DNA of 64,000 nucleotides from Phoronis australis (taxonomy: Eukaryota > Animalia > Phoronida), in assembly GCA_002633005.1 (NCBI GenBank), contig NMRA01000506.1, positions 82,069 to 146,068 of the forward strand, written 5' to 3'. This document shows, piece after piece, positions 1 to 13,545 of the stretch. A program made the translations under genes and the position numbers. Position 1 is the stretch's first letter, and each line of letters starts with the position of its first letter. The notes beneath the pieces are model-generated. The model saw nothing but the letters and a program-made list of their open reading frames with translations. It was not told the DNA's origin and searched no databases.

Positions 1-265
1 CGGTTATCTAGATAAAGTAATTTGCTAGATTACTTGAGTGCATCAAGTTCGATTATTTTTTATGTTAAATCGACAATATCTATTCTTAATATCCCCAGAA
101 ATCGTCGGTGCAGCAGCGATTTTAATCAGGGCGTGGGCCAAGAACGACTGTTGACAGTTCACGACATTCGGTTCAAAGTTCACCAAGCGGATTTGAACTC
201 GAGTCGAGTCTCGGGCTCGGAAGCGACGTTGAAAGAAAGAAAGGTTGAATCAGAATCTTGGCAAG

Positions 266-326
266 ATGGGGAGAGCTGGAACGCATCAACACAGGGCAAG
301 CCATGGCAGAAATAACAGCATGCCCC
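266..326 (+). CDS. putative upstream first coding exon of the HSD3B-like gene (MGRAGTHQHRASHGRNNSMP)
   Basis: Lies in a CpG-rich patch at ~100-330. ATG has strong context (caagATGG). Perfect donor C|GTAAGT at 327, phase 1, which joins in frame to the acceptor at 20158 (C+AC = His, then ATG 20160). Confidence 0.5.
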
Positions 327-1088
327 GTAAGTATCATTGATTCTAGACCTTTATGTTTGTGGATATTTGTCGCCCACACTTATTGTACGCCTACTGTTGG
401 TATGAATGGTGTGTTATGTAACAATCAAAACATGAGTATTGAGTATTGTCAACTGTGGCTGCCTGCCAGCTGGGTTGATCATTTTGCTTGAAGGATGAAT
501 TAATTACTTTATGAATCAGCAATTATGTCTTGTAAATGAATGTTAAAAAGCAAGTTTTGCTTAACTTATTGTTGAAAGATGTTTTGTTTGACATTGATTG
601 CCTTTGAAACACCTTGGTTCTTTTTAACTGTCTGTACCTGTGTTACATTTGGTATCTTTTTATTTTTAAGACATTTAAATATAAAAGACAAAGCTTCTTC
701 AAAGAGATGTGTCTAGAGATCTATTATACATGTGCTAATGTTGTTGCTTAGCAACTGCATTCCAATGAGCAGTGGAATTTTCAGCTTTGTTGATTGTTAT
801 ACCAGGAGCACATGGATTTCAAAATTTTAATTTAATTTTTTGAATTTCACAAAATGCCGTTGGCTCCAAATGAAAATTATTTTTAAACTCTGTTAATTCG
901 TTTTTCCTAATGATAACCAAAGGCATTCTGTAATAAATTGACTAAGTTTGTAATTTTAGTTCATCATAAGTTAAAAGACTTCATTTTGTTTGCTGTATTT
1001 TAACATGAGATTTTAGTGTATTAATATGACAAGCAGAGGACCATGTATCACATCTGTCAATATGTATGAATTGTGTATTCTTGAATGT

Positions 1089-1136
1089 TATCACCATGTT
1101 CATCATCCCCACATCATCATCATCGTCATCATCATC
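1089..1136 (+). repeat. imperfect (CAT)n microsatellite
   Basis: catcatcatcatcgtcatcatcatc. Confidence 0.8.
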
Positions 1137-1527
1137 TCCACTGAGGTATTTTCAGTTAATTCCACCAAGTGTCGCTCCTCCGAGCATTTTCATTTGAAAA
1201 CTGTCAGTTATGTTTACATGTCTACAGAATTATTTGATTGCTTTTGTACACATGACAGAAGAACAACTGTGACGACCTCTTTAAAACCAATATTTACCCG
1301 ATGTTCAACATTTGTGCTCTCATCTAAAGTGTGAATTTATACAAATGTGGCTCAATGCCAATACCAGTTCTTCAGGAAGCCCTTTCTTAGGTTGTTCTAA
1401 CTCAGACATACAAAATCAAAATGAAATTAACTTTCAATACAGAAATTACCTATATGATATTGCCTGTCAATTGATAAGTGACCTCAGTCATTAAGTTATA
1501 GTTCAGGAACCATCTGTTATCACTTGC

Positions 1528-2040
1528 AGTACTTTCTCACTAGAGGCAAAACTTCACTTTTAGTGAAGTGGGAAAGGTTAACTCTGGTAGTTAATCTGTT
1601 TGTGAAACTTCGCTGAAAATAGCTGGATTTAAAGGTGAAGCTTTGGTACTCACTGAAACTTCAGCGGAGTTATCAGTACAGGTTAGGCAATAATATAGAA
1701 TCACGCTAGAATCAATGAGATATCCTGCCAAAGGTGCTGTTGTAGCGTCGGCGATATTCTCTCAATAGATACACATAAATAAATAAATAAAAGAAAGCAA
1801 ATCTGATGAAGAATGACACTGATTATTTTCATAAACACTCGTAAATGGCGGGAGAACAACTTTCAGTTAGCCTCAAACCCATCACTTTAAATTTGTATAA
1901 ATTGCACCATCTGGTGTTTGCTCTGATGACTAAATCGCCATCTAGCAATAACTTTGATATCGCTGTCTGGAGGGAAAGCTAATCGAAGTTTCGCTGAAGC
2001 TTTGGTAAACTGAAGCTCCTTTAGTGGGAATTAAAGCTCA
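1528..2040. mobile_element. degenerate MITE, related to the copies at 20775 and 27796
   Basis: Ends actttctcact / agtgggaa. Contains internal GAAACTTC/GAAGTTTC/GTTAAC motifs shared with the family. Boundaries are approximate. Confidence 0.5.
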
Positions 2041-2651
2041 TTAAGATCATAAATGATATCATATCTGTTTCAATTCTGCCTTCAATAGTGCTTCTCGTTT
2101 TCCACCAAACCTCATTTTCTAAATAAGATGGCTTAGAAATCCTCAGTGCCTTAAACTAGATGTTATGTAGAATGAGGGAATTCAGTACTTGGATATGCAG
2201 ATTTCTGTAGAGTGACTGTAACTCATTCAGGACACCTCTGGCTTGTTTATAGCCTCGAATTGCCCCTCCTACCTTTGCGTGTGTGAATTTCAATCATTAC
2301 AGCAAGTCATACCACTCTTTAAGTGGAGATTGTTATGGAATGCTCTATGCCTACTCCTGTGATAACAGGATTAAACAAGAGTTGCAGGACATAATGAGGC
2401 AGTCTCTATTTCTAAGGAATGACTGATGCAAGTGACTTTTGAGACCTGCTAAGCTGAAGCCATGATCTATAAGTCGTCTCTTTACCAAATCCCTTTGCTG
2501 TATGTACATAATGATTGAAGCCTGAACATGTGCAGATATGAATCACCACCGAGGGATACTTTGAGGTTGTGGAAATATCCGGAGTATTCCGAAATTCTGT
2601 AAGGATCTATCAGACATAACCAAAAGGATGAATGTTGGGGGGGGGGGGGGG

Positions 2652-2691
2652 NNNNNNNNNNNNNNNNNNNNNNNNNNNNNNNNNNNNNNNN
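2652..2691. other. assembly gap within a poly-G tract
   Basis: 40 Ns flanked by G runs. A second such gap is at 32022-32066. Confidence 0.99.
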
Positions 2692-5600
2692 NGGGGGGGG
2701 GGGGGAGTGTTTCTTAGTAAGGCTTTGTTTGTGCTTCTGTTGCTTCAAATTTCAAATGTCAAAAAGAAATGCCAGTTTGTTGATGATAGCTCTGTACAGC
2801 AGAAGCTATCAATGAAGCTCTTTCTACTTATTTTTGTTGTTAAAATTCAAGGTGCCAAAATTTCATTTTTCGGCATTTAAAATACAATGTATAAGGAATG
2901 TGAAATTTTGTCACCAATTGAGGTGTAAATTTTGTGATGCAGGTATGGATCAACTGAAGATCGTGTTTTCAGGTTTGCATCAAACCTGTTTGATGTGTTA
3001 TGTGAGGAGTTTTAGTACTTTTAGTCTTTATTTTGGCTCAGGGAAATGCTTTGTGGTTCCCATGTACCTGGTTTATCATTTTACATAACAAATATTGATC
3101 ATCCTGGTGTTTGATGGTTTCCATCATTTTGTATCTGCGAACTGAACTTATCTCATCTATTTTTTCATCTACCTTGGTATAGTATTGGTCCAGATTTTTG
3201 ATTTATCATATTTGTTCAAGGAAAAAATCCCATGTGGGGAAAGCATGTAATCTAGTTCATATGTCTGAGAACTTTCAGCTTCTGTTGTCCTTGCTCTAGT
3301 CAATGTGAGTATTGTTACTGCTTCTAGTTTTGGCATTGTTTTTCCGGGATGATTATCGATTTCTGTTTCTAGGATTTTTGTTCTGTTTTGATTGATTGAT
3401 CAGTTGTATTGCAGCCAACAGCTTGTCACAGTTCTACTGACTGTTTCACGAAACGTGACTTAAGATTCATGCTCTACACAATTTTTAAAACATGATTATT
3501 TTTATCTCACCTTAGCAGATGTTTAGGATGTCTGGAAATATTAGCATAATTTCTAGTTGCTCAGATAACTTTCAGTTAATTAAAAATTTCTAGTCTGTGA
3601 TTTGTTTAAAATTTCATGGCAAAAACTTTCAAATTGTTAAGTGGAAGCCTAAGTCAAAATGTCTGCACAATGGAACTACTCGTATAGTACAAAACTCCGC
3701 TGTAAAAATGATATTCCTTAATCAAAACAAGCTCTTGGGCTAAAAGGCCTTTTAAGGAATCTCAGATGTGCTTCGTTAGCTCATAGAATAAAGAAACAGA
3801 TTATGGAAGCTTCGTGTGAAAATATTCATGTTTGTGGAAAATACGGCAATCTATGTGAAAAAACGCAATCATGTGATTCAGAGGTTCTTGGCCTTGGGGC
3901 TTTGCTTATGTGCACAAATCAGATTCTGTAATCTTAAATAATTTTGATAATAATAGTTTCACGGGTCTACTGAAATATTTAAAAATAATTTACGTAATTT
4001 GACCATTGGTAACAAACCATAATCTTTATCCTCCACCTTCAGTGATTTTTGATGTAAAAATTCTCACTTTTGAATAAGAAACTGCTAGTGGAATATAGGG
4101 TCATGGGCATACATTTGGGGTTCTGTTTGTAGAAATTTGATTTTCAGTACGTTAGTAAATTTATCAAGCTTTAAGAATCCTTCTTAAGGTTACCTTGTGC
4201 AAGGTTTCACACTTGGCTTGAATACCTTGGGAGCCCATTCGGCAGATCTCTTTATTTTCGCATACTCGCGTGGACCGCACTGGCTGCGTTGTTTTATTTT
4301 GATCACAACTGCGTAAGCAATAGAGTCTTGCTTGGTGATGGAATGCTGCAGATAGTCATTTTGAATCATGCAATTGACTGGCAATCTTGGTCCAGCTTGC
4401 ACAGCAAGGTTTTTCAAACTTGGAATTCGATGGTTGAGAAAAGTGACTGGCCCAACAAGTTCCTTTCAGGATTTTTGGCTCGCATGATTTACCTCACTCA
4501 TCATTGGTCTTTTGCAAGCTAACTGAGCAATGATTAGTAAGGGAGCGAGGACATTCAAACTTGGAGATAAAAATCAAATAAGGTAACGTACTATTAGCCT
4601 TGACTGACCTTTGGTCAAAATGAGTTTCTTTAACTTAGAACACAATATGGCGCAACTGTAAAATTTTAATCTTATCACAATTTTCAACAATAGTAAACAA
4701 GAAGACAATTTTACTTAATTATTTGAAAACTTCATGTTGTACAGCTCTCATCAGCAAACACAAGATGAAATTTTTAACATTTTTGGCAATACAGTAAGTG
4801 TTTGAATAATCGAAAAGTACAGTTTTGACCATTATTTTTGTTTGCAAAAAACTTTACCGTTAATATATTTTGTTGATGGCACAATTAATTCCAAAATGTT
4901 TTAAATGAGCTTGAGTGTTCTGTTTTGAAGGGTACTTAACACAGCTGTTACTGATTGCTTTCTGATTTAGTAGTGACAGGTTATCATGTTGAGGGGAAAT
5001 ATTGAGATTACTTGGCTTGTTTATTGCCAGTAATAACACATACAAACACATACATATGCATGACTAGATATTTGTCCATTTGAAAGTACTGTGACATCAT
5101 TGAAGTTTGATTGAAGGAGTAAGATTTCTGTGTCTTTGGTGGTAAATGTGACATTTTCTCTCAAAATGAGTAAATTGGTTTTACCTGATTTGTGTTATTT
5201 ACCAAAGAAAACATCTCTTAAGGAGTAAGTGAATTTTGTGTTTTTTCAACTTATAGCAGAGCAGAACTTATTCCAATGAAGATCGGTTATATTTTTCACA
5301 ATATTGCAAAGATACCAACTTTGAACGGAATCACATTGGGGGCAACAATTCAATAAAGAAAATTTATCTGGAAACACTTGAATCTGGAATAATTGGTGAA
5401 ATTATGGGAGCAGACATATACTTCCCATCCACTATTAGGTGAAATCAAAAGCAATTATTTGTAGTTCCTACTTTGGTTGGTTTTGGTAAATGCCTTCAAT
5501 TAAGTTGGAATATATATGTTTGCTTGCACTATTCGGTAATTCTTTTGGGTAATTTAGAACTGGGGCTTTCAGAAAATTTCACATCTCTGAAATCTGTTGA

Positions 5601-5757
5601 AGTGAAAAATTGTATTCAAAGGAAAGTGTGGAGAGAAACCATACCTGTTACAGAATGGTTTGGATGTAACACAAAATGCCCGACTGAGTGAAGCAAATCG
5701 TAAATATTTATGTACGGTAATACTTTTTTTATGCCAGAGCTTAAAGAGTGTTGTTTA

Positions 5758-6483
5758 AATCCTAGCGTACATTGGTCTTAAAACTGAACACAACCAGTTG
5801 TAAACAGGTTTCCAACAACTGAGAGCAACTGACAGAAACTTATCAGTTTGCGAGTTTGGCCGATGTGCGTCTTCTCACCACTGACAGCGCATAGCTGATC
5901 GCTCGGTTGCCGTCAGTTGCACATGGTCTTGCCACTGGTTCCACTCAGTTTCGCTGGTCTACCCTGATTTATGCCTCGCTGCAACTAGTGATGACCTTTT
6001 AATGACCATGTGATGGTCACGTGACCTAATTTTACGCTAAAATACGAAAAAATGGCGAATGCTTAGACCATAGACACCATCATAATGTGATGTCTATGGT
6101 CTGGACGGTTTCTGCAGACGATGCTCCCGTTGAAATGTGGATATTTGCTCAAAACTTGATCTTAAAGATTGTTTGAAAAGAAAACTGGTCTATTGCATCA
6201 AAAGGAATACTGATGGAAGGTATATAACTACCCAAATATCTAAGTTACAGTGGCAAATACACACAAGTCTGTATATAAGTCACGTGATTACAAGTTCCTC
6301 CTACTATACTCTTCAATGGTTATAACTCAGTCACTGCCAGTCACTTTTGATGAGTGCGCAAACGTGACTGGGGGTAACTGGGACTGCCTAGTTTCTCACA
6401 ATCGCTAAATTACCGGTATATGTGTGGTTAGAAACTGACATGTGCGGAGACTGCCAGTTGCCTTGTCGATGTACGCTTAGCTT
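5758..6483. mobile_element. MITE (PIF/Harbinger-like)
   Basis: Imperfect ~19-bp TIR: taaatcctagcgtacattg versus cgatgtacgcttagcttta. TAA/TTA flanks, and a CpG-richer interior than the surrounding intron. Confidence 0.65.
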
Positions 6484-9400
6484 TATGTACAGTTATATTG
6501 CTATTTTACCAGATTGGCTGATGTTGAATGCAAAATTTATATTTTGGTATGAATGTACCTTTCTCACACATTTTACTTAAAAATGTGGTCATGTGACAAT
6601 AATAAAGACACAGTAGTAAGAAACATATTTTTAGAATCCTCGATCCTTCTCCTTTCAAAAACTAAACACTGTTAATGGTTGACAAACCATAGTTTTTTCA
6701 ATATTTGACTAACAAGTTCAGGTTGTTTACTAAGGTCCTAGATAACCTTAGACCCATAAGAATGTTACCAATAGATTCACAGTTATGCAAACATTCTTAG
6801 ATATGCGTATCGGTAAATATCTTGAAATTGGGTGTAATATTAGTCAATTATCACATTCCTCTTGACCCCTTTAGATACCGATTTTATGATCTACCAAAAG
6901 ACCCGATTCAATTTTCATTTTTCAGCTTGCTAATCAGGGTGAAAGGCAGCTTTCAGTTGCAGTTCATTGCGCTCATTATCCTTCTAGAAAAGTATTGACA
7001 TGTGCTTGTGTTTTTGGCAGAAGGGTGTTGATATTCAACACAACAGGGAAGTATTTATCTAGAAAGGATATTGGTGGGCAAATTGATATACTGTGTGAGA
7101 GGCTAAAAATGGGGGCATATAGTGAACATGTGGTGTACCAAGAAATGTGTTGAGACTGGCATCATATTTTACGGTACACGCCTTTTTTGTTCTTTTGTCT
7201 CAAAGAAACAAATATTTAATCTCATGACAGGGCCATGACAACGTCAGTGAACAGCTTGCATAATAGCAATAACGAAAAATTACAGAACATTGAGATTGCA
7301 GATGTTTAGATATGCAAAACAATGTTATGTGTGTTTCAGATTTCACAATATTCATTTTAAATCATTTAGTTTGTATCAATAGAACAGGAACACATTATAC
7401 AGAATGGCCAGTGGTCTGATTTCCATGAGGCAAAGTGTTAAGGTTAGAAAAAGGATATTTGGTTCTTCTCTGTGCCAAGCTCATTTTTAGGTGTGAAAAA
7501 AGAGAAGAGGCTAAACCATGCTATTTTTGGGCTTGTCACAAAATCTTTAATTTTTGTATGCTTTCTTTCTTTATGCACTGTTACTTAGTTATTTTTTGCC
7601 AAGCATATTACAACTCTGTTACCAATTTTTGTTTGTTTTTCTGAAGCCTCTTTTGCCAAGGTGTATTTTCCTAAACTGAAGTTCTTAGAAAATCTACACC
7701 ATGTTCACAAAGAATGCGGCACAAACACACACTAAAAATGACAATGCCAGAAGTTAACCTTCAAGCCAGTTATGCTGCTTCGGAAAATCTGTTTTATGAT
7801 AGGCCCCCCACCCCCCCACCCGTCATGTTCTTGAATTCCTGGCAGCCGGTTTCAAGATTCCGTTTTAATCCGTTGCACTAATCCTTAGGTTATTGAGATT
7901 AATTCGACTTGAACTCTCCATTGCAAATGCATCTGGTTGATGACATAGTCCATCACTAGTAGTCATGGCTTATCTGTAATGCATTGTTCAGACGTCTTAC
8001 TGAAAGGCCATTTCAATCTGTCGCCTACTCTTTAATAGCCAACATTCTTCATTTTGTAAACCAGGAAATGTTTGCTGGCTTCCAATTTCAAGCATCATAA
8101 GTGATTAGTTCACTGGCGATTAGAAAAAATGAAAATAGTGTCAGTAGCAAACATCCCTTACACAGGGCTTTTTGTGAGCACACATTAGAGTGACTTTCTG
8201 TCACGTTCCACAGGTACTTGTAATAACCGATTTGTCATTTGTTTATTCCTGCAGCACAAAAATGGTAATTTGATGGCATAGTAATCGCAGATGATTGATT
8301 CCCACATCCCAAGTTCAACTCTCCTTTTTGCCGAGGTGGAAAAATGCATAAGGCAGGGTGGCTAACATACTTCTGAGCCTGTTTTTCAAGTTTGCTTATG
8401 TCTTCCTCACAAATTGCTAATACAAAAGTACAAAATTGGCATCATATAAATGGGTGATGGCAAACTAATGTTAATACAAGATAGTGATATGATTGGCATG
8501 ACTGTAGACAGCAAGTGTCACCTCAAGGCAGGCAGGTGTGCATTGTGGGTAAATAATGTAGTACTGTATACCGTATAGAGAGGGTGCCTCTTGTGTTATT
8601 AGTGTGCATTCACAGTGGTTGCTTTAAGGACCTTATCAAGAAGTCTGAATTGAATCAGATATCCAGAAACTAAATTGATTTTAACAAAGTCAAAGTCTAT
8701 ATTTTTTTTAACGAAGAAAGCCTGCATAGCATCTGAATTGGTTTAGCCATATGATCTTCTGAAATTAGCTTAATGTGGACATTTTTCTATGGTCCTACGG
8801 TTTATAGATTCATGTAACTTCAATCAAACGTGATGTCTCTTCATTTGTTTGTAACCTGCTTTTGATGTTTTTTGCACTTTGGGTTATAGTCAGGTATAAC
8901 ATACCTCCATTTTGAGAACCAGTTTTCTCCACTGAACAGGCATCAACTGGTTCTCTTAATGCGAGCACGTTATGCCTGACTATTGCCATATTTTAATTTA
9001 TGAAATTGCGAATTTTTAAAGTTGCATTAAAACTCTGCCAAGTTTTTCATTTCAATTACCACATAGAATACAGTGCAGCTCTTGACTCGTATCCAGGGGT
9101 TCGTATCTGGGGGTTAGTCCCACGGTTCAGGTAACTGCACACCTACCACTGAAATGAGTAGTGTATTGAAATGGGTTACTTTGTAACTTAAACGTATTGA
9201 TATGGGTGGGTTTTTCATGATTTATAGTTATTGACATAGGCCTATTTGTTGACATCATGGAGGTACACATGTACCCAATTTTTCCAGAAGAACCCCCGTT
9301 GGAGACTTCATAATCTTACACTGATTGATCACAAGAAAACTGGACTAAGCATTATTGATTTGTGTGACAGATCTAATGTCTCATCATTTGACCATCTGTT

Positions 9401-12400
9401 TAGTAAATGTTGTTGTTTCAGAACTTGGTAAATGCTGTTGTTAACACTCTTCTTCCTTCCTTTTGTGGAGACTTTACAGCAAAAGATTTCTTATTAGTGC
9501 GTGGAGGGTACTTCAGAAAATTGATGCTTCATTTCAGATTTTTAAGTTCTGTTTTTGCACCATAGCTGCCACCAGACAAATTGTTTTGAGAAGTTATATG
9601 ATCACAACAATGTTAGAATCCTTTGAAAATTCAAATTTGGGAATTTTTTCCTAAGTTTTTGAGATTTTACCATAACTGATTTGTGTTTTCAAAACTGTGA
9701 GAGTAGTGTCTTTGGGCATTAGCCCATCTCTGGATGTAAGTTTTGTTCATTTTAATTTCAAGCAGACAAGAATGCATGATTTTTTGTATTTATTTTGTGT
9801 TAATCCATTTCTAAGGTATGATGTTCCAAACCTTGTCAGATTTGGACATTATCTACATTTAAAGATACTTATTTAAAGATAGACTCTGCTGGACATCAGA
9901 ATCAAGATGGTTTCATAGATAATATCACCAGAGAAGAAAACTAAAGGTTTTCCAAAATTGGTTCTGGTTAAAAGATGCAGAGATTTCCATGTTCGCGAAC
10001 CTTGATGTCTATTGTGAATATAATATGTAGTTGAATTTTGTCAAAATGATACTCAGTTCAGTTGCAGGCAAGCTAAGTTGTGACATTTTGATGTTTAGAA
10101 TTTGTCTCTGTTGCAAACAACACAAGTTTTGGGAAAATATGTTAAGACAGTGGTCCCTTGTGGAATAATTTCTAGATAAACAATGGTACATTGGCGTTCA
10201 TTGAGCTGTCAGCCATGCTATTAAGGAACCTATATTTGTGACTGAGTTCTCTTGACAATTAACGCGGGTTTTCCTATATTATTGTAATCTTTATTTGCAT
10301 GGATATTTACCACTTTTCGTTGCCTTGACAACTTGTATGTACATATACATATACATGTATTGTATATTAATAGTGCTTCAGTGAAAAATATGAAATTTCT
10401 GATTTTATTTGGCATGTCAAAATTGATTTTCAGAAGTTACAGAGCACTTAAAAAGGAGGTTTGACTTTTAATTAAATAATGGGACTATTGTCATTTAGGT
10501 GTGGACAATAGTTATGGTTTTGCCCTCCATATACCAAGTATGTTTTAATGAAGATGAGTACCATTTTGTTGGCATTGTGTACCAGCTTCCAGTTGAATCT
10601 AGAAACTGAAACCAGTTACACATGTGATTTACACCTCACCATGACACAGAAAAAAATATAAACTCCAAGAGCTTGCTATATCAAAGGTTGGAAGTAGGTC
10701 TTAGCTGAGATTTTAATGAGCAAACAGCTTGGTGAATTCATTGCTCGTTGAATGCCAGAGGTTGTTGTTGAGTGTGAATACAAAAATATTCAACATAACA
10801 TACAACGAAAGTTTCGATATTTTTGCTCTTCTAAAGAACACAGCATCACGTGGGCAGCAATGTGCTTGCGACTCTCTCTTGGCTACGACTTTCGCACCCA
10901 GAACAAAATGAGCTCTAGCTGTATGGTACACTTCAATGGTACAGTACACTTCAGTTCTAAATTTGGTGATAGTTTGTGCCCTAGTTCTCAAGTTATTCAA
11001 ATACTGTATTTTAGTTCTATATAGCCTTGAAATGTGTCAATAAAGGTTTTAAAAGAAGGTGTTGCTACCCCTGCAATGTTATTAAGTGATGGTGTTGATA
11101 AGGCTAAATCTAAAACTAACAGAACCAACATAGACCCACTGACATTGAAGCAAACAACACTGATAACTCTGAATTTAGTTTCTAGTTAGTTGAGGCAATT
11201 AAGCATACATATATGATGGTAGGCACTGAAACTTTATTTTGTCAAATTTCTCAACGACAATTAACTTTGAGAAAATATTTGTCTATTATTAGCGTGGTTC
11301 ATATTGTGTAGGAACACATTTGCGTAAGTTTCCATTATTTGTATCATAGTAACCGGCCTTTGAAAAATAGAAAAAATGATAATTTGATATGAAGTGAAGA
11401 TTCACTATTGTAGCAGTTTGCTAATACCGAGCAAACATTGAAACAAGTAATAAACTGTTGCTTAGGTGATAAGTGTTTGGTAGACTGTTACAATGTTCAA
11501 GTTAACCAACCTCCGGTTCACCTGTATCTTGGATTGGGTCTTTCACAGTGTTATTTATACAAACTCTTTGTGATTGTCGCGCCATCAATAACCACTGTCT
11601 TGTGGTTGGATACTCGAATGTTTCATACTAAAAGTCAAACTATGTTTGGTAAAATCTCATCAATTTTGGACAAAAATATTTGGCAAAATAGTCCTAACTT
11701 CATTTTCCTGGGCTTCTAACACTGGTGTGAATGGCCACAATTTTTCAAAACTTTTTTATCGTAGTTATGTAACAAACCCTGAACATGGAAAAGCTTCTAA
11801 TTTGGTGCCCTATGTGTTACTTGGCAAAATGATAAAGAATTTCACACGTCTGCATACCGTATGCCATACCGTGTCCGAAATTGGTGAGATTTTACCATGG
11901 AATGTTGCTCGTGGTTGAAAGAAATTGTGTTGTGTCTTTATCAACTCCACCCAACTTGCACACCTAAATTTGAAATTAAGTCAAATAAGTGTCCCTTTTC
12001 TGCACTCACAATGCTTGAGACTTGGGTACATAAGAATCTGCATGTATGCATGATTAAACACGATGTCTGAAAACACACACATACCTGCTTCAATAGCAGA
12101 CTCCAGCCTATTGTGGTGGAAGAAAACAGCGCTGCATTACTGACCTAGTTAGTTAGACATCAGCACGTTTTTTAGTTGAGTTGGACAAGCTACCAAACAT
12201 CTCGCACAACTGGGTATATTAGTTTCTAGTTTGTCAAACTTCTTTGGTTTTTGCAAGTAACTCACTGTGCGAATATAAAACTGTCTGCATTTGAAATGGC
12301 AGATGTCATTGTTCTGGTATAAAATAGTGATGAAAATGGTATTATAAAGTCATATGCCACTGTTGAGACACCGATCCACATGGGCGATGCACCATAGGGG

Positions 12401-13039
12401 GCTGTGTGGGCTACAGCCCCCCCCCCACTTATTTCAGTGCTGTGCTGCCCATGGACAAAGGATAGCTCTATTGTCATGTAATCCGGCCCGTGAGTTGAAA
12501 AGACAGGCATTTTATGACCATGAACTGGACATCAGTGATTAGAGACAACATAAAATCTTCAAATTTGTTATAAGCACATATGAATAAACTGAAGTAAAAG
12601 TTAGCGTAGGTGAGAGGTGACTGTTGGTAACATCACTGACGCATGTGCTTAACCCCAAATGTCTTGTTACTCAATAACAATCCTCTGTGCAGTAATTATC
12701 CTTATCCCCGCTATTACTATGTGACCAATTATTGTGTCTAGTGTACAATTTTCATCTAGACCGAAAGTATTTTTACACATACACTTCCTTGTTGCTTTTT
12801 GTTCATTGTTCATTCTTATGTAACGCTCAAGAGGTGCAAGGTCTTTGTGAAGTTTCATAGCTGCAGGTAATAAGTTGCATTAATGTCGCTGACTGAGTGA
12901 GATAAAACTTCCAACTGAAGGAGTAGCTAGTGTCTGTTTTAAGACTAGTACTACCTTCTAATACACCCACAAAAATTTTGTCGTCACATCGTAATTCAAT
13001 AACCTATTCCTCTTGTCTGTTTTCCATCATTGCGGATTA

Positions 13040-13545
13040 TTCTCTTTCAAGCTTTTCGTAAACTGTTGGCGGATCATGATGAAATGTGGCATGGGAGTTT
13101 TATGGTGGAGATACCCCAGCACCAGTCAATTTAAGGAGGGATTGGATTAACGTGTTGCCCCTGTTGGCCATTTTATTTTTCAAAGCAAATTCCTCATCAA
13201 TTTTTGGCAAAACTACTTCATGAATTTTGCTAGAACTTGACACTTGTTATGAGAATGCGCCGCCACCTGCCGCTTTTCAAACAGTCGACCACACTAGCAC
13301 CCTGGTGGCAATTTTTGCATTGACTAGCTTTTTCTTGACTCCAAGGATTATAGTCATAACAGCTTTACAGATTTTGATGAAACTTGACTTGAGGTTTTAT
13401 GGGTGGAATACTCTAGAACCAGCTGATTTTTGACCTACCCAGTTGTCCGTTTTAGCTTTCGACAAAGTATTGCTTATCCGTCAATTATTTTAAAAATGGC
13501 TTGTCAAATTTTAATGGAACTCGGTACAAAGATATATGGTGGGTC
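13040..13545 (-). repeat. reverse-oriented degenerate copy of the ~145-bp satellite-like family
   Basis: Recurrent (c)agattttgatgaaactt-like blocks about every 145 bp. gcccctgttggccatttt and caccctggtggcaatttt are the reverse complement of the 61-kb cores. Confidence 0.55.

Noticed and set aside
2632-2748. Poly-Gly / poly-Pro ORFs
   Set aside because: These are artefacts of poly-G runs around an N gap.
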